From Eledone cirrhosa (taxonomy: Eukaryota), in assembly GCA_964016885.1 (NCBI GenBank), contig OZ024741.1:385392001-385456000 (forward strand): a stretch of 64,000 nt of DNA. Direction: 5' to 3'. The position numbers and the translations under genes were made by a program. Under the pieces are notes generated by a model. That model was not told the origin of the DNA. It searched no databases and worked only from the letters and a program-made list of their open reading frames with translations. This document shows, piece after piece, positions 1 to 11,914 of this stretch (its first letter is position 1; the number at the start of each line of letters is the position of its first letter).

Positions 1-1862
1 CCAATGCAGTCTTCTCTCCTGCACACCATTTCGGATTCCTCTTATACCCAGCTTCTCCCTCAGTTCATCCAAGCTCTGATTTTCTCTCACATTTACATTG
101 CACATCAAAGGAAGCATGATTTCTTCATTTCTCTCCAGTCTACGTATCTCCTCTGCAGTCACAGCCCATGTTTCATTACCATGCAGCATCGTGCACTGAA
201 CATAGGCATCATATAGCCTTTCTTTTGTAGAGAGAAACCTTTTGTTGTCAGCAGTGGGAGTATTCCTCTAAACTTCTTCCATCCTATCCTTATTCTAGCT
301 ATTATACTCTCAGCATACCCTCCCTGCTGCTAATTAGGTCACATAGATAGTAGAAGCCATCAACCATGTCTGTGGATCCTACTTGTGACTGGAAAAAGTT
401 TATCTCATGAGCACTTTTTCTCGATATCTCCTGTGCATCTACATGCAAAGTTCTCCTTTTCTGTTAGTCTACTCATTATGCCACTACATCTTTTGTGTAC
501 CCAAGAATTTTTTGTATGGAGTTTATGCCTACTCCTTTTCTGTATATTGAGCACAGCCACTTTCCTAAGGGAACATGGATCCTATCTTCTTTCCTACTCA
601 CTAGCACTTTAGTTTTGGCTAAGTTTACTCTCAGATCTTTTGATTCCAAATTCAGTTTCCATAATCAGAATTTATTTTGCAGTTTTTTTGGGGGGTTTCA
701 GCTATCAGGACCAAATCATCTGCATAGAGAAGTTCCCATGGGTAGCCCATTTTAAACACCTCTATTATGGCCTGGAGAACTATGATGAACAGCAGTGGGC
801 TAAGAACTGAATCTTGATGAACTTCTACCTATACCTTGAATTCCTTGCTAAATTCATTTCTTTCTCTCGCTTTGCTGACAGCTCCTCTGAACACGACTTG
901 CACTGCTCTCACCAACCATTCTTCTAAACCTAATTTCCTTAAGGACCACCAGCTAATAGATCGAGTTATGCTGTCAAAGGTCTTTTCTAGATCAACAAAA
1001 GCTAAATATAGTGGTTTATTTTTGGCTAGGAACTTCTCTTGCAGTTACCTCACTAAGAGGAGTGCCTCTGTAGTACTTTCCCAGAGATGAAACCAGACTG
1101 CATCTCATCTATTCTGACTCTTTCCCTAATTAGCTGTGCTATAACTCTTTCTGCCACTCTTTCTGGTCCATTAGTTTTATTCCTATATATTTGCTCCTTT
1201 CTAGAGTATCACTTTTGCCCTTGTAGCAATTTATGATTGTACTGCTGCACCAGTCATTGGATATGACTCCGTCATGTATTAATTGATATACTATACAGGT
1301 TACTAGTTTGATTCCTACCTCTCTCGATGCTTTTAGTATCTCAGCAACTATTTCTGATGGTCCCACAGCTTTACCCTTTTTCATCTGCTTGATTGCATCT
1401 TTGACCCTAAAACTATCAACTTCAATAGCTGGTTCTTCCTTTGGGTAAGTTGGAGGTAATTTCTCTTCCTCCCATCATTCTCTACATTCATCACTCTGTC
1501 ACAGTAACATTTCCAGGCCTCTTTCTTTTGGGCATCAGTGGCGCTAGGTGCACCAGCATCATTTCTAATATATTTTTCCCCAACAATGTCTCAATTCATA
1601 CTAACACACTGCCTTGTAATATGGAACACTTCATGTCTCTGATCCTCAATTCTCAAGACATTGACCAATTTACTTTCTTCAGCCACTCTCTGAGCTGTGT
1701 ATACTTGTCACCTAACTTCTTTCTTAGCTACTTGGTACTAGTCTCTGCTACCCCCCATTTTTCCAGTCTTCCCATGCCTGTCTCTTGGGTTTAATGGCTG
1801 TATCTACTGTGCTGTTCCACCACAAGGTTATTCTCTGTCTGGTTGGCACTTTACTACAGCTG
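1..1862 (-). mobile_element. Degraded RTE-clade LINE (RT region)
   Basis: Minus-strand MKKGKAVGPSEIVAEILK, AFVDLEKTFD, GLPMGTSLCR (frameshifted WELLYADD region) and a PHD-like Cys cluster; many stops and frameshifts. Confidence 0.9.
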
Positions 1863-1884
1863 TAAGTCTTGCCAGTAGTTCGCA

Positions 1885-3620
1885 ACGTTTAACGTCCATC
1901 TTCCACGTTTGCATGGGTTTGGACGGGAATTTTCCCACTTGAGGCAAGAGTGATTGTCTTGCTCGTATAGGACTGTCTGGCAGGTTTTCTACGGCTGGAT
2001 GCCCTTCCTAACACCAATCACGTTTACAGTGTGGACTGGGAGGTTTTTACCGTGTTACCTACACGGCCACATTACAGCGTGGACTGTGTGTTTTTTTTGT
2101 CGTGACACCTACACGATCTCATTTGTTTCGGACTGGATGTTGTGGTACCAACAAAACTTTACATTGAAAGGGGTGGTGTGGATGGGGTGGGGGTAGTGGG
2201 ACGGGGTGTGTATTTTTGTTAGAGGTGCCTACTGACTGTAGTAGGTTTCACTTTGTACTTAGGTAAGGCGGGTCTTCGGTATTACTGTGTAGCGCCAAAT
2301 ATCTCGGTACAGTGACATTGTCTTGGAGAGGTGTAAGTGTGTGAGGTCGGAATTTATCAGGTCGTCCTAGGTTTTTCTGGGTCTGCCTACTCCGTGGCTA
2401 CCGTCTATTTTTATCGCCCTGCACTTTTTTATACAGCTGTTGTCTTTCATGCGCATCACATGACCGTACCAACCTAGTCTTCTCTTGAGTAAACAACATC
2501 TGATCCCTCTTATTTCTAATTTTTCCCTTAGTTCGTTTATGCTTTGCCGTTCACGTATATTACTATTACACATCCAGCGGAGCATGCAAGCTTCGTTCCT
2601 CTCCAGTCTGCGTATATCCTCTGCACACAATGCCCAGGTCTCACTGCCATGTAACATTGCTGTTCGTATGCAGGCATCATACAGCCTGCCTTTCATTTTT
2701 AGAGAGAACCCTTTAGCGGCTAATAGTGGTATAAGCTCTCGGAACTTTTTCCATCCAGTTCTGACTCTAGCTACTGTACTTTCAGAGCACCCTCCACCAC
2801 TGCTGATTTTGTCAGTAACGGAAGGTGTCCACTATTTCTATAGAACCATCTCTGCAATGGAATGAGCTAGTATTCTGTGGGCACTTGCTGCTACTTATTG
2901 CACCAGAGCACTGGCCACATATAAAATCTATTATCATGTAAGAATTTCCAGTTGTCCTCTACATTATATGTATCTAGCTCATCATCCCACTCATCAAGTG
3001 CATCCCATAGGGCCTTTCTAAACCTTTATTTAACTGAGAGGTCCTTTAGCTTCAACACCCACCATCTCCATATTTTCCTGCATGTCTTGTTCTGCCTTTT
3101 GTTTATTTTGATGTTACTAATATATAACTTGTACTGAGTGGTCCATTCTTCCCCAGGAAAGGTCTTAGTATTTATTACAGTACGTTTATCTTGTTGTCTA
3201 ACAAGTAAGTATCCAATTTGGCTTGTGCGTTCACCTGATTGATATGAAAACAGGTGGTTTCTGAAATTAGTGTTGCAGATGGTTAGTTCATTTGCATCAC
3301 AGAATTCCAGGAGTGTCACCCGCTCTTCATTCCTTGAGCCATAACCATAGCTGCCATGAACTCCGCTGAATCCATCATGGTACTTTCCCACATATTCATT
3401 GAAGTTTCCTACCAAGATGATGAGGTTTCTTTCATCAATATCTGAAGTTGTCTGTAAAATTTCCTCATAGAACCTGTCCTTTTGTTCTTTATCCAGTGCT
3501 GCTTGCAGAGCATAGGTAGATGTGATTGTCACCAGTCTATTTCCTACAGTTATAAGCTTGATGAAAAATATCATGTTTTCACTAGCTCTGACTGTTGGCG
3601 GGTAAGCAGTAAACTGCACT
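1885..3620 (-). mobile_element. RTE LINE with internal deletion (APE endonuclease fragment plus C-terminus and 3' UTR)
   Basis: ORF 3026..3619 has APE motifs (LVGNFN, GYGSRNEE, CNTNF, SQIGYLL); ORF 2367..2696 KGRLYDACIRTAMLHGSETW...GRPRKT; 3' UTR ends in GGACGTTAAACG near 1885. Confidence 0.9.
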
Positions 3621-3788
3621 GATCAAGGGTAATCACCCAAAAACATTAGTGTCTGCAGTTCTGTTTGCATGCCAACACAAGAGCGAGAATGAGGGGCTCA
3701 ATCTACTGACATGGCTTATAAAAAAGGCTGTTTGCATAATTGCAAATGAATCGAATATTATTATCAATATTCGAAAAACTCAGATTAC

Positions 3789-3818
<30 letters not shown>

Positions 3819-3822
<4 letters not shown>

Positions 3823-4158
3823 TCATCATCATCATCATCATCATTATTTTACGTCCGCTTTTCCCTGCTTGCAAGGGTGGGATGGGAACTGATTCTGGCT
3901 TGATTTCTACAGCTGGATGCCCTTCCTAACACCAACCTCATTTACTGGGTGCTTTTTTTCCATGGCGCCTACACAACCACTTTACAGTGTGGGCTGGGTG
4001 CTTTTTTGCTGTGGCACCCCCACGACCATTTCTACAGCTGAGTAAACTGGAGCAATGTGAAATAAAGTGTCTTGTTCAAGGAAACAACATATCACCCGGT
4101 CTGAGAATGAACTCACAACCTTTCGATTGCAAGGCCAATGCTCTAACCACTAAGCCAT
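3819..4158 (-). mobile_element. tRNA-derived SINE with RTE-type 3' tail
   Basis: A-box TGGCTTAGTGG, B-box-like GAGTTCATTC, CORE-like CCTTGAACAAGACACTT body and (GAT)n tail. Confidence 0.85.
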
Positions 4159-4166
4159 ATTACTCC

Positions 4167-4201
<35 letters not shown>

Positions 4202-4822
4202 CATACATATATATATGGTGGCTGCCAACTCGTTTTCGAGTACGGCCACTACTTTATATCCATGTAGGAGAACTCCTACCGATCCGCTGAGCGAGTGTGA
4301 CTTTTTAGTCCAACCAGCGACTTGAAAACTCTGGTACAAACACTACACTTGTGACAATTATTGACACATAGTGCTGGGCCCATGGTACCATGTGACGACA
4401 AGTGCAGAGAGATCTCCAGATATAAAGCAATGCCTGTGCCGTGAAGCTTTTATAGTGAGCAAAGGCACTGCACAAAGCCAGTCCCACTCTCTTAACCAAG
4501 ATGATATTTACCAAAAAGAAGAACAAGTCAACATCATTGGATACCATCAGAGTTCCAGGTGTTATATCAGAGTTTTCCTTCTCCTAGAATTCTGCCTTGA
4601 CAAAGGCTAAGGGGTCATCTCTCCCGGTGATTTTGGATGGCCATTGACTCTTAAGAGCTCCTTTGCCCTTTGACAGGTTTTGTTTTTAGTCCTGCAGGAT
4701 GTCCAAAGTCACCCTCCTCACCAAGAAACCTTGGTGGGGTTGCCAGTTTAGTCGCCAACGACCCGATCATGAGACAGGTTGTACTGGGATACATGTTACC
4801 AGTAGCAACATACATACATACA

Positions 4823-4872
<50 letters not shown>

Positions 4873-4986
4873 ATGTATTTAACTGCTCGGAAATGCCCTT
4901 TTCTTGGAGCTGGATTATTGTAAATGACTGAGAGTTTATTTTCAAAATATAATATAGTATAATATATATATATATATATATATATA

Positions 4987-5342
4987 TCATCATCATCATC
5001 ATCATCAACGTTTAACGTCCGTGTTCCACGCTTGCATGGGTTTGGACGGGGGTAGTCCCACTTGAGGCAAGAGTGATTGTCTTGCTCGCATAGGACTGTC
5101 TGGCAGGTTTTCTACAGTTGGATGCCCTTCCTAACACCAACCACATTTACAGTGTGGGTCTGGGAGGTTTTTACCGTGTTGCCTACACGGCCACATTACA
5201 GCGTGGACTGTGTGTTTTTTTGTCGTGACACCTACACGATCTCATTTGTTTCGGCCTGGATGGCGCGGCACCAACATAACTTTACATAGAACGGGGTGGT
5301 GTGGATGGGGTGGGGGTGGCGGCGGGAGGGGTGTATTTTGTT

Positions 5343-5346
<4 letters not shown>
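4987..5346 (-). mobile_element. RTE LINE 3' UTR fragment (young subfamily)
   Basis: Nearly identical to 44829-45188; incidental ORFs 5077..5289 and 44918..45130 translate identically. Bounded by (TA)n on both sides. Confidence 0.85.
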
Positions 5347-5380
<34 letters not shown>

Positions 5381-5383
<3 letters not shown>

Positions 5384-6066
5384 TTGCAATCGAAAGGTTG
5401 TGAGTTCAATTCTCAGACCGGGTGATGTGTTGTTTCCTTGAGCAAGACACTTTATTTCACATTGCTCCAGTTTACTCAGCTGTAGAAATGAGATGATAGG
5501 GACTGGGGTCCATATCATTCCACTGCAAAGTGGTCGTGGAGGTGCCACGGCAAAAAAGCACCCAGCACTCACTGTAAATGAGGTTGGTGTTAGGAAGGGC
5601 ATCCAGCTGTAGAAATCAAGCCAGCATCAGTTCCCGTCCCACCCTTGCAAGCAGGGAAAAAGTGGACGTAAAACGAAATGATGAATGATGGTGATGGCTT
5701 AGTGGTTAGAGCATTGGCCTTGCAATCGAAAGGTTGCGAGTTCATTCTCAGACCAGATGATGTGTTGTTTCCTTGAACAAGACACTTTATTTCACATTGC
5801 TCCAGCTTACTCAGCTGTAGAAATGAGATGATAGGGACTGGGGTCCCTATCATTCCGCTGCAAAGTGGTCGTGGGGGTGCCACAGCAAAAAGGCTCCCAG
5901 CCCACACTGTAAAGTGGTCGTGTAGGTGCCACGGAAAAAAAGCACCCAGTAAATGAGGTTGGTGTTAGGAAGGGCATCCAGCTGTAGAAATCAAAACAGA
6001 ATCAGTTCCCATCCCACCCTTGCAAGCAGGGAAAAGCGGACATAAAATGATGATGATGATGATGAT
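5381..6066 (+). mobile_element. Two tandem tRNA-derived SINE copies
   Basis: Repeated GCCTTGCAATCGAAAGGTTG..GAGTTC head, CCTTGAGCAAGACACTT body and GGACGTAAAA(TGA)n tail; the second copy starts at 5694. Confidence 0.85.
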
Positions 6067-6158
6067 ATATATATATATAAATGTAATCTGAGTTTTTCGA
6101 ATATTGATAATAATATTCGATTCATTTGCAATTATGCAAACAGCCTCTTTATATATAC

Positions 6159-6234
<76 letters not shown>

Positions 6235-6741
6235 TATCATCATCATCATCATCATCATCATTTCATTTTACGTCCGCTTTTCCCTGCTTGCAAGGGTGGG
6301 ACGGGAACTGATTCTGGCTTGATTTCTACAGCTGAGTAAACTGGAGCAATGTGAAATAAAGTGTCTTGCTCAAGGAAAAAAAATATATATATATATATAT
6401 AATATATTATATATATATATATATATATCCCACACTGTAAATGTGGTTGGTGTTAGGAAGGGCATCCAACTGTAGAAAACCCGCCAGACAGTCCTATGCG
6501 AGCAAGACAACCACTCTTGCCTCAAGTGGGAAAACCCCCGTCCAAACCCATGCAAGCGTGGAACACGGACGCTAAACCTGATGATGATATATATGCATTA
6601 AGGGTGAAAGCAGCGATTCTTTGCTTAAACTTATATCTGTTATTTTAATAAATATTTGCTCTACGGTTCTTATATATTTGATATATATTTATCCTTATCG
6701 AGCCCTCTTTGGATTTTAGTCTTCAAATTTATTATTATTAC

Positions 6742-6774
<33 letters not shown>

Positions 6775-6781
6775 ATATATA

Positions 6782-7672
6782 TATCATCATCATCATCATC
6801 ATTTTACGTCCGCTTTTCCCTCCTTGCAAGGGTGGGATGGGTCTTATTCACCACAGCATCTCTCCACTTGTCACGGTTCTTCGTCATCTCCACCGTGAGC
6901 TTCAGCGATCTGAGGTCTGTTCTCACCACCTCGGCCCATGTTTTTCGTGGTCTACCTCTACCACGTCTTCCTTCAACTGGCATTTCCTGGCACTTCTTCA
7001 CCCATTGGTCATCCTCCATGCGCATCACATGTCCATACCACCTCAGTCTCCTCTCTCGCACACTACATTCTATCTCTCTCAGACACAGTTTCTCTCTCAA
7101 CACATTTATGCTGGGTCGTTCACGCACATTGACATTGCACATCCAACGGAGCATGCTTGCCTCATTTCTCTCCAGCCGTCGCATATCCTCTGCAGTTGCT
7201 GCCCATGTCTCACTAACATGCAACATCGCGCTCCTCACACAGGCATCATATAACCGGCCTTTCATACACAGGGAGAAACCCTTCTTTGTCAGCAGAGGAA
7301 GCAGCTCCCTAAACTTCTTCCAACCCGTCCTTATTCTAGATACTATGGCCTCGGAACACCCCCTCTCCCATGCTAATCTGATCTCCTAGGTACCGGAAGC
7401 TATCCACCACTTCTATAGCACCTGCCTGCATTTGAAAAAAGTGTCTATCAATGCGACTTCTACTGTCTAATTTCCCTGTACATCTACTGCATACATATTT
7501 CTCCCTACCTGTTAGTTTGCTTGCTATCCCACTACATCTCTTGTGTACCCAGGATCTGCATTGTGTGCATTTTATAGAATTTAGGCCAGTTTCTTTTCTG
7601 CATATCGAACATGGCCATTTACCTGACAGAATCAGAGTTTTGTCCTCTTTTCTACTCATCAACTCTTTTGTC
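6782..7672 (-). mobile_element. 5'-truncated RTE LINE (subfamily whose ORF ends at the tail)
   Basis: ORFs 7336..7662 (PHD-like finger, IEVVDSFRYLG) and 6804..7265 (LYDACVRSAMLH...GRPRKTW...EKRT*) followed directly by (GAT)n; (TA)n at both ends. Confidence 0.92.
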
Positions 7673-7703
<31 letters not shown>

Positions 7704-8260
7704 TGAAGTTGGTGTTAGGAAGGGCATCCAGCTGTAGAAATCAAGCCAAAATCAGTTTCCATATGAGCAAGACATGGTCAACCGATCAGGCACTGCCCAC
7801 AACAGGACAACCCATCTAACCCATGCTAGCATGGAAGAATGGACATAAAATGGTGATGATGATGATGATATATATATATGTAATTGCTTGTTTGTTACCA
7901 ATGCACTCTAAAACAGTTAACCAATCATGTTCAACCTTCGTATGAAAGGTCCTTAGACTCAACTACAGATTGTCCTCAAACATGAATCTATATTCTGTTA
8001 AGAGACAGGAGATAATCCTCATTCAACAATAATCCTCTTTCAACTTAAATTTGGAGCACTCTTGACCATTCTCCAAAATAAAAAAAGGGATAGAACCCTA
8101 AGCCCTCTCGCCTTCTCCCTCATCTTTCTGCCACCACGTCCGGCTGCATGCGTTTATCGAACACGGATTCATCCCTTCTCGAAATATGAGCACATATGAA
8201 TAAATAAAGTAACACACATCTTGTTTCATTTTAATTTCTTCAAGCAAACTAGAATATTCT

Positions 8261-11200
8261 TCTACTCTCTATATATATATTTATATTACATGTGTTACAA
8301 TTATTAGAAGTGTTACATGTGTTACACCTCGGAGCAATCGTAGGTACAGAAGTTTTTTAAATTTGTAAATCATGACATTGGACGCTGCAAGCAAAAAATG
8401 CCACCAAAGAATAGACCTTATTTGGAAGAAAGTTTCATAAAGCTATGCCAATGCAGCTAAAAAGGGAGAATGAAAGTGAAGAGCAGCAACAAGAAAGACT
8501 CCAAAAAACAAAGAAAAACAACAGAGAAATATAGGCAAAATGAATCAGAAGAACAAAGATAAAAAATGTTTGCTGATGGCAGGACAATGAAAGCAATTGT
8601 TTGTCAAGAGGAATTAGATGTACGAAACAACACCACAAAACAGAGGGGAGAAATCAGACGCACAAAAAATATCATAGCTTCAACAACAAAGAATAAGAAG
8701 TGCACTGAATAGACAGGATGAATCAGAAGAAAAAGATCAAACAGGCTTGCTGAAGATAGGACAATGGAAGCAACTATTCGTCGAGAGGAATCAAATGTAC
8801 GAAAATCACCAAGACAGCAAATGGAGAGAAATAAAGCAGCTCAAAATTAACATGAAGAAACTGAAGCTCAAACAATTCAAAGGCTATGTGAACTGAGAGC
8901 AAGACCAGAAAATTTATGATTTAAAAAGGTTGCTGAGTGGAACTTTGCTGCTTTTAGTTACAATCCACATCAAGACTATGCCTCAGAATATTTAATTCAA
9001 ATTTCCTCAGTGAACAAAATGAAAAGTTGAGTCACCTGGATTGTGCTGTTTAAATGGAAAGATTAATTTTAAACTATTACCTGAACCACCAGAACCCTTG
9101 AGGGGACTGTTGATTAACACAACTACTGAATCAAGACACTTTCTTCAAAATATCCAGAAGTACAATAATGCATTCCAAATGACATCATTTGGTGCAGATG
9201 TCACCCACGAAGGTGGCTTTATACCCACTTTCAAGATGTAAGGGCAAGTGGACCACTTCAGTCACTTTCAAAAGAAGAACCAAAACATTTACAACTGTAT
9301 TTCATCAGTGATATAAAACCCAAGCACAGACAAGATATGAAAGGAATAAAGAAACAAAGTATGAAATCATATAGCAACTAAAAGATATATTACAGAGAAG
9401 AAGCTACATTAGAAGTTTCAAATAAGCCCTAGAAAATGCACCTGTAGAAGAACTCAAAGTAATGATAAATACTGACAAGAGACCATCAGGAGAGCATTCA
9501 TGTCGCTATAATGCACCTGAATGTAATGAAATCGCTATTGTAATACCTGGAGAAGAGCATGGCAAGCGTGATATAATCCTTCATGGGAGAGATAAACAAT
9601 TTCAGGGAATAAATAAAACACATTACTTTTATGATTCTCTCCAATATCCTTTAATTTATGTGAATGGAGAAGATGGATGCCATTTTAAAATCCCACAAAC
9701 AGATGAAAATGATAATAAGACAGTCTCATGTATAGATGTTTACTCCTACCATTTTATGGTTCACCAAGACAATTTCAATTCACTCCACCAAATGTGAAAT
9801 TTGTTCCATCAATTTGCTGTGGACATGAATGCAAAAGTTGTGAAGGAAAGATTAGCATTTATAAGATCTCACCAGAAAGAATTAAGATCTGTGTCATACA
9901 ATCATTTACATGATTGCATCAATAATGAAGTTGTTGCTGAAGACATTGGGAAGTTGTGCCTCCTTCCATCCAGCTTTACTGGGAGCCCCAGATATATACA
10001 TGAAAGAACACAGGATGCCATCATATATGTGAGGAACTTTGGTAGACCAACCAGACCTATTCATAACTTTCACATGTAATCCAAAGTGGAAAGAGATTTA
10101 AAATGAATTGCTACCAGGTCAAACACATGTAAATAGACACAACCTCATTGCTAGGACCTTCAGGCTTACAGTGGTCAAAATGATGGATGTCATCACAAAA
10201 GGAAATATGAACTGGTCAGATCTCATATGTACACTATGACAGAAACATGGATTACCTCATGAACACATTCTTATTTGGTTGCATGAAAAATTTCTCTGAC
10301 AAATTGACAAAATATCTGCAGAGCTGCCTGAACCATCAAAAGACAGAACATTGTATGAAATAGTGAAGATTCAAATGGTACATGACCCATGTGGAGCTCT
10401 CAACAAGAATTCACCATGTATGCAAGACAGTAGATGCACAAAGAAATATCCGAAGTTTTTTGAAAGACATTCTACTTGGAGATGATGGTTATCCATCTTA
10501 GAGAAGAAGAAAATCTGGATATGGAGGTTTCCAAGCAAAAGTTGGACAATTTCAAATTGACAATGGGTGGATTGTTCCATATTGCCCATGGTTACTCAAA
10601 ATATTTAATGCCCATATATCAATGTTAAATTTTGCAACTCAGTGAAATCCATCAAATATATCTACAAATATGTAAACAAAGGATCCGATGCTGCAATGTT
10701 TGCTCTGCAAAGACAGGATGTGCAAGATGAAGTCAGTATGTATCAACAAGGTACATACATCAGCAGTAATGAAGCATTTTGGAGAATATTTTGATATTCA
10801 ATACATGAACGTTATCAGGCTGTTCATCTGAAAAATGGGCAACATGTCTATTTCACAGCTGCAACTGCTGCTCAGCAATCATTGGTTCCTAAAGAAACTA
10901 CTCTAACAGCTTATCTATAACTTTGCCATGATGATCCATTTTCAAGGGCAATTTATTATTACCAGTTACCATCTTACTACACATGGGATGATGAGCAATG
11001 GAAGGGGTGAAAAAGGGGTGCTCCTATTGAAAATCATCTCGATATCAGATTTGATAGTGATATTGGAAGAGTTTATACAGTACATCCTAATTAACATGAA
11101 TGTTTCTATTTAAGGATGCTGCTTCATATAGTAAAGGGTTCAACATCCTTTGAAGCTCTAAGGACTGTTGATAATACTACCTGTCAAACAAACCTATCGT

Positions 11201-11869
11201 GAAGCCTGCCTTCAGCTTGGATTACTGGAAGATGACTCTCAATAGGACAAGGCACTTTCTGAGGCTTCTGTAGCACATATTGCAAGTAGTCTTCACTCCC
11301 TGTTTTCTGTTATATCAAAAAATTGTAAAATTGGTGATCAAACGGCTTATGGATAAAGTATAAAGATGAACTATCTGAAGATTATACGCATGAAGTACAA
11401 CAGATATTGCTTTGGGTTACAATGATCAGATTTACAATAGTGCATTGATCAACATAGAAGACTAACTCCTGGCTATTGAAGAAGTACTCCAGAATTATGG
11501 ACTTCCTAAAGTTACTTGTGGCAATGAAAACAGACTAACATCTGAAATACTCAGAGAAACAAATTACAACATAGATGATTTGGAAAAATATGTGAAAGGA
11601 AATTATGAAAAGCTGCTTCCGAATCAAAGAGAAGTGTACAAAGCAGTTGTTGATAACATTAGGCACGAGAAAAGTAGAATATTCTTTCTTGATGCACCAG
11701 GAAGAACTGGAAAGACATTTGTTACAAGACTACTTTTGGCAAATCTTAGACAACAAAGAAAAGTTTCTATTGCAGTTGCATCATCAGGCATTGCTGCAAC
11801 CCTTCCACCTGGAGGCTATACAATTTCATTATTATATTTAACCCAGGCAACGCCAAGTACTTCTGCTAG
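8261..11869 (+). mobile_element. Helitron, internally deleted, degraded Rep-Hel
   Basis: 5' TCTACTCTCTATATA; MPPK start at 8398; CCLNGK...PEPPEPL...YNNAFQMTSFGA; Rep motifs DLFITFTCNPKW (~10055), QKHGLPHEHILIWL (~10240), KYIYKYVNKG (~10655); helicase Walker A DAPGRTGKT (~11690); 3' hairpin ACCCAGGCAACGCCAAGT then CTAG|T at 11866-11870. Confidence 0.92.
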
Positions 11870-11914
11870 TATATATATTAATATAGTGTAGTTGGTTAGA
11901 ACATCAACCAGAGG

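Noticed and set aside
3987-4325. Recurrent ORFs such as FLQLSKLEQCEIKCL and WMPFLTPTTFTVW
   Set aside because: Antisense translations of SINE and RTE 3' UTR copies, not a gene family.
5694-5765. tRNA-like sequences at SINE heads
   Set aside because: A and B boxes are present but there is no intact cloverleaf, and they continue into SINE body and tail, so they are not tRNA genes.
7930-8215. Possible Penelope GIY-YIG C-terminal remnant (KRQEIILIQ..NLN)
   Set aside because: Only a few residues match, there is an in-frame stop, and no RT or clean hammerhead is adjacent.
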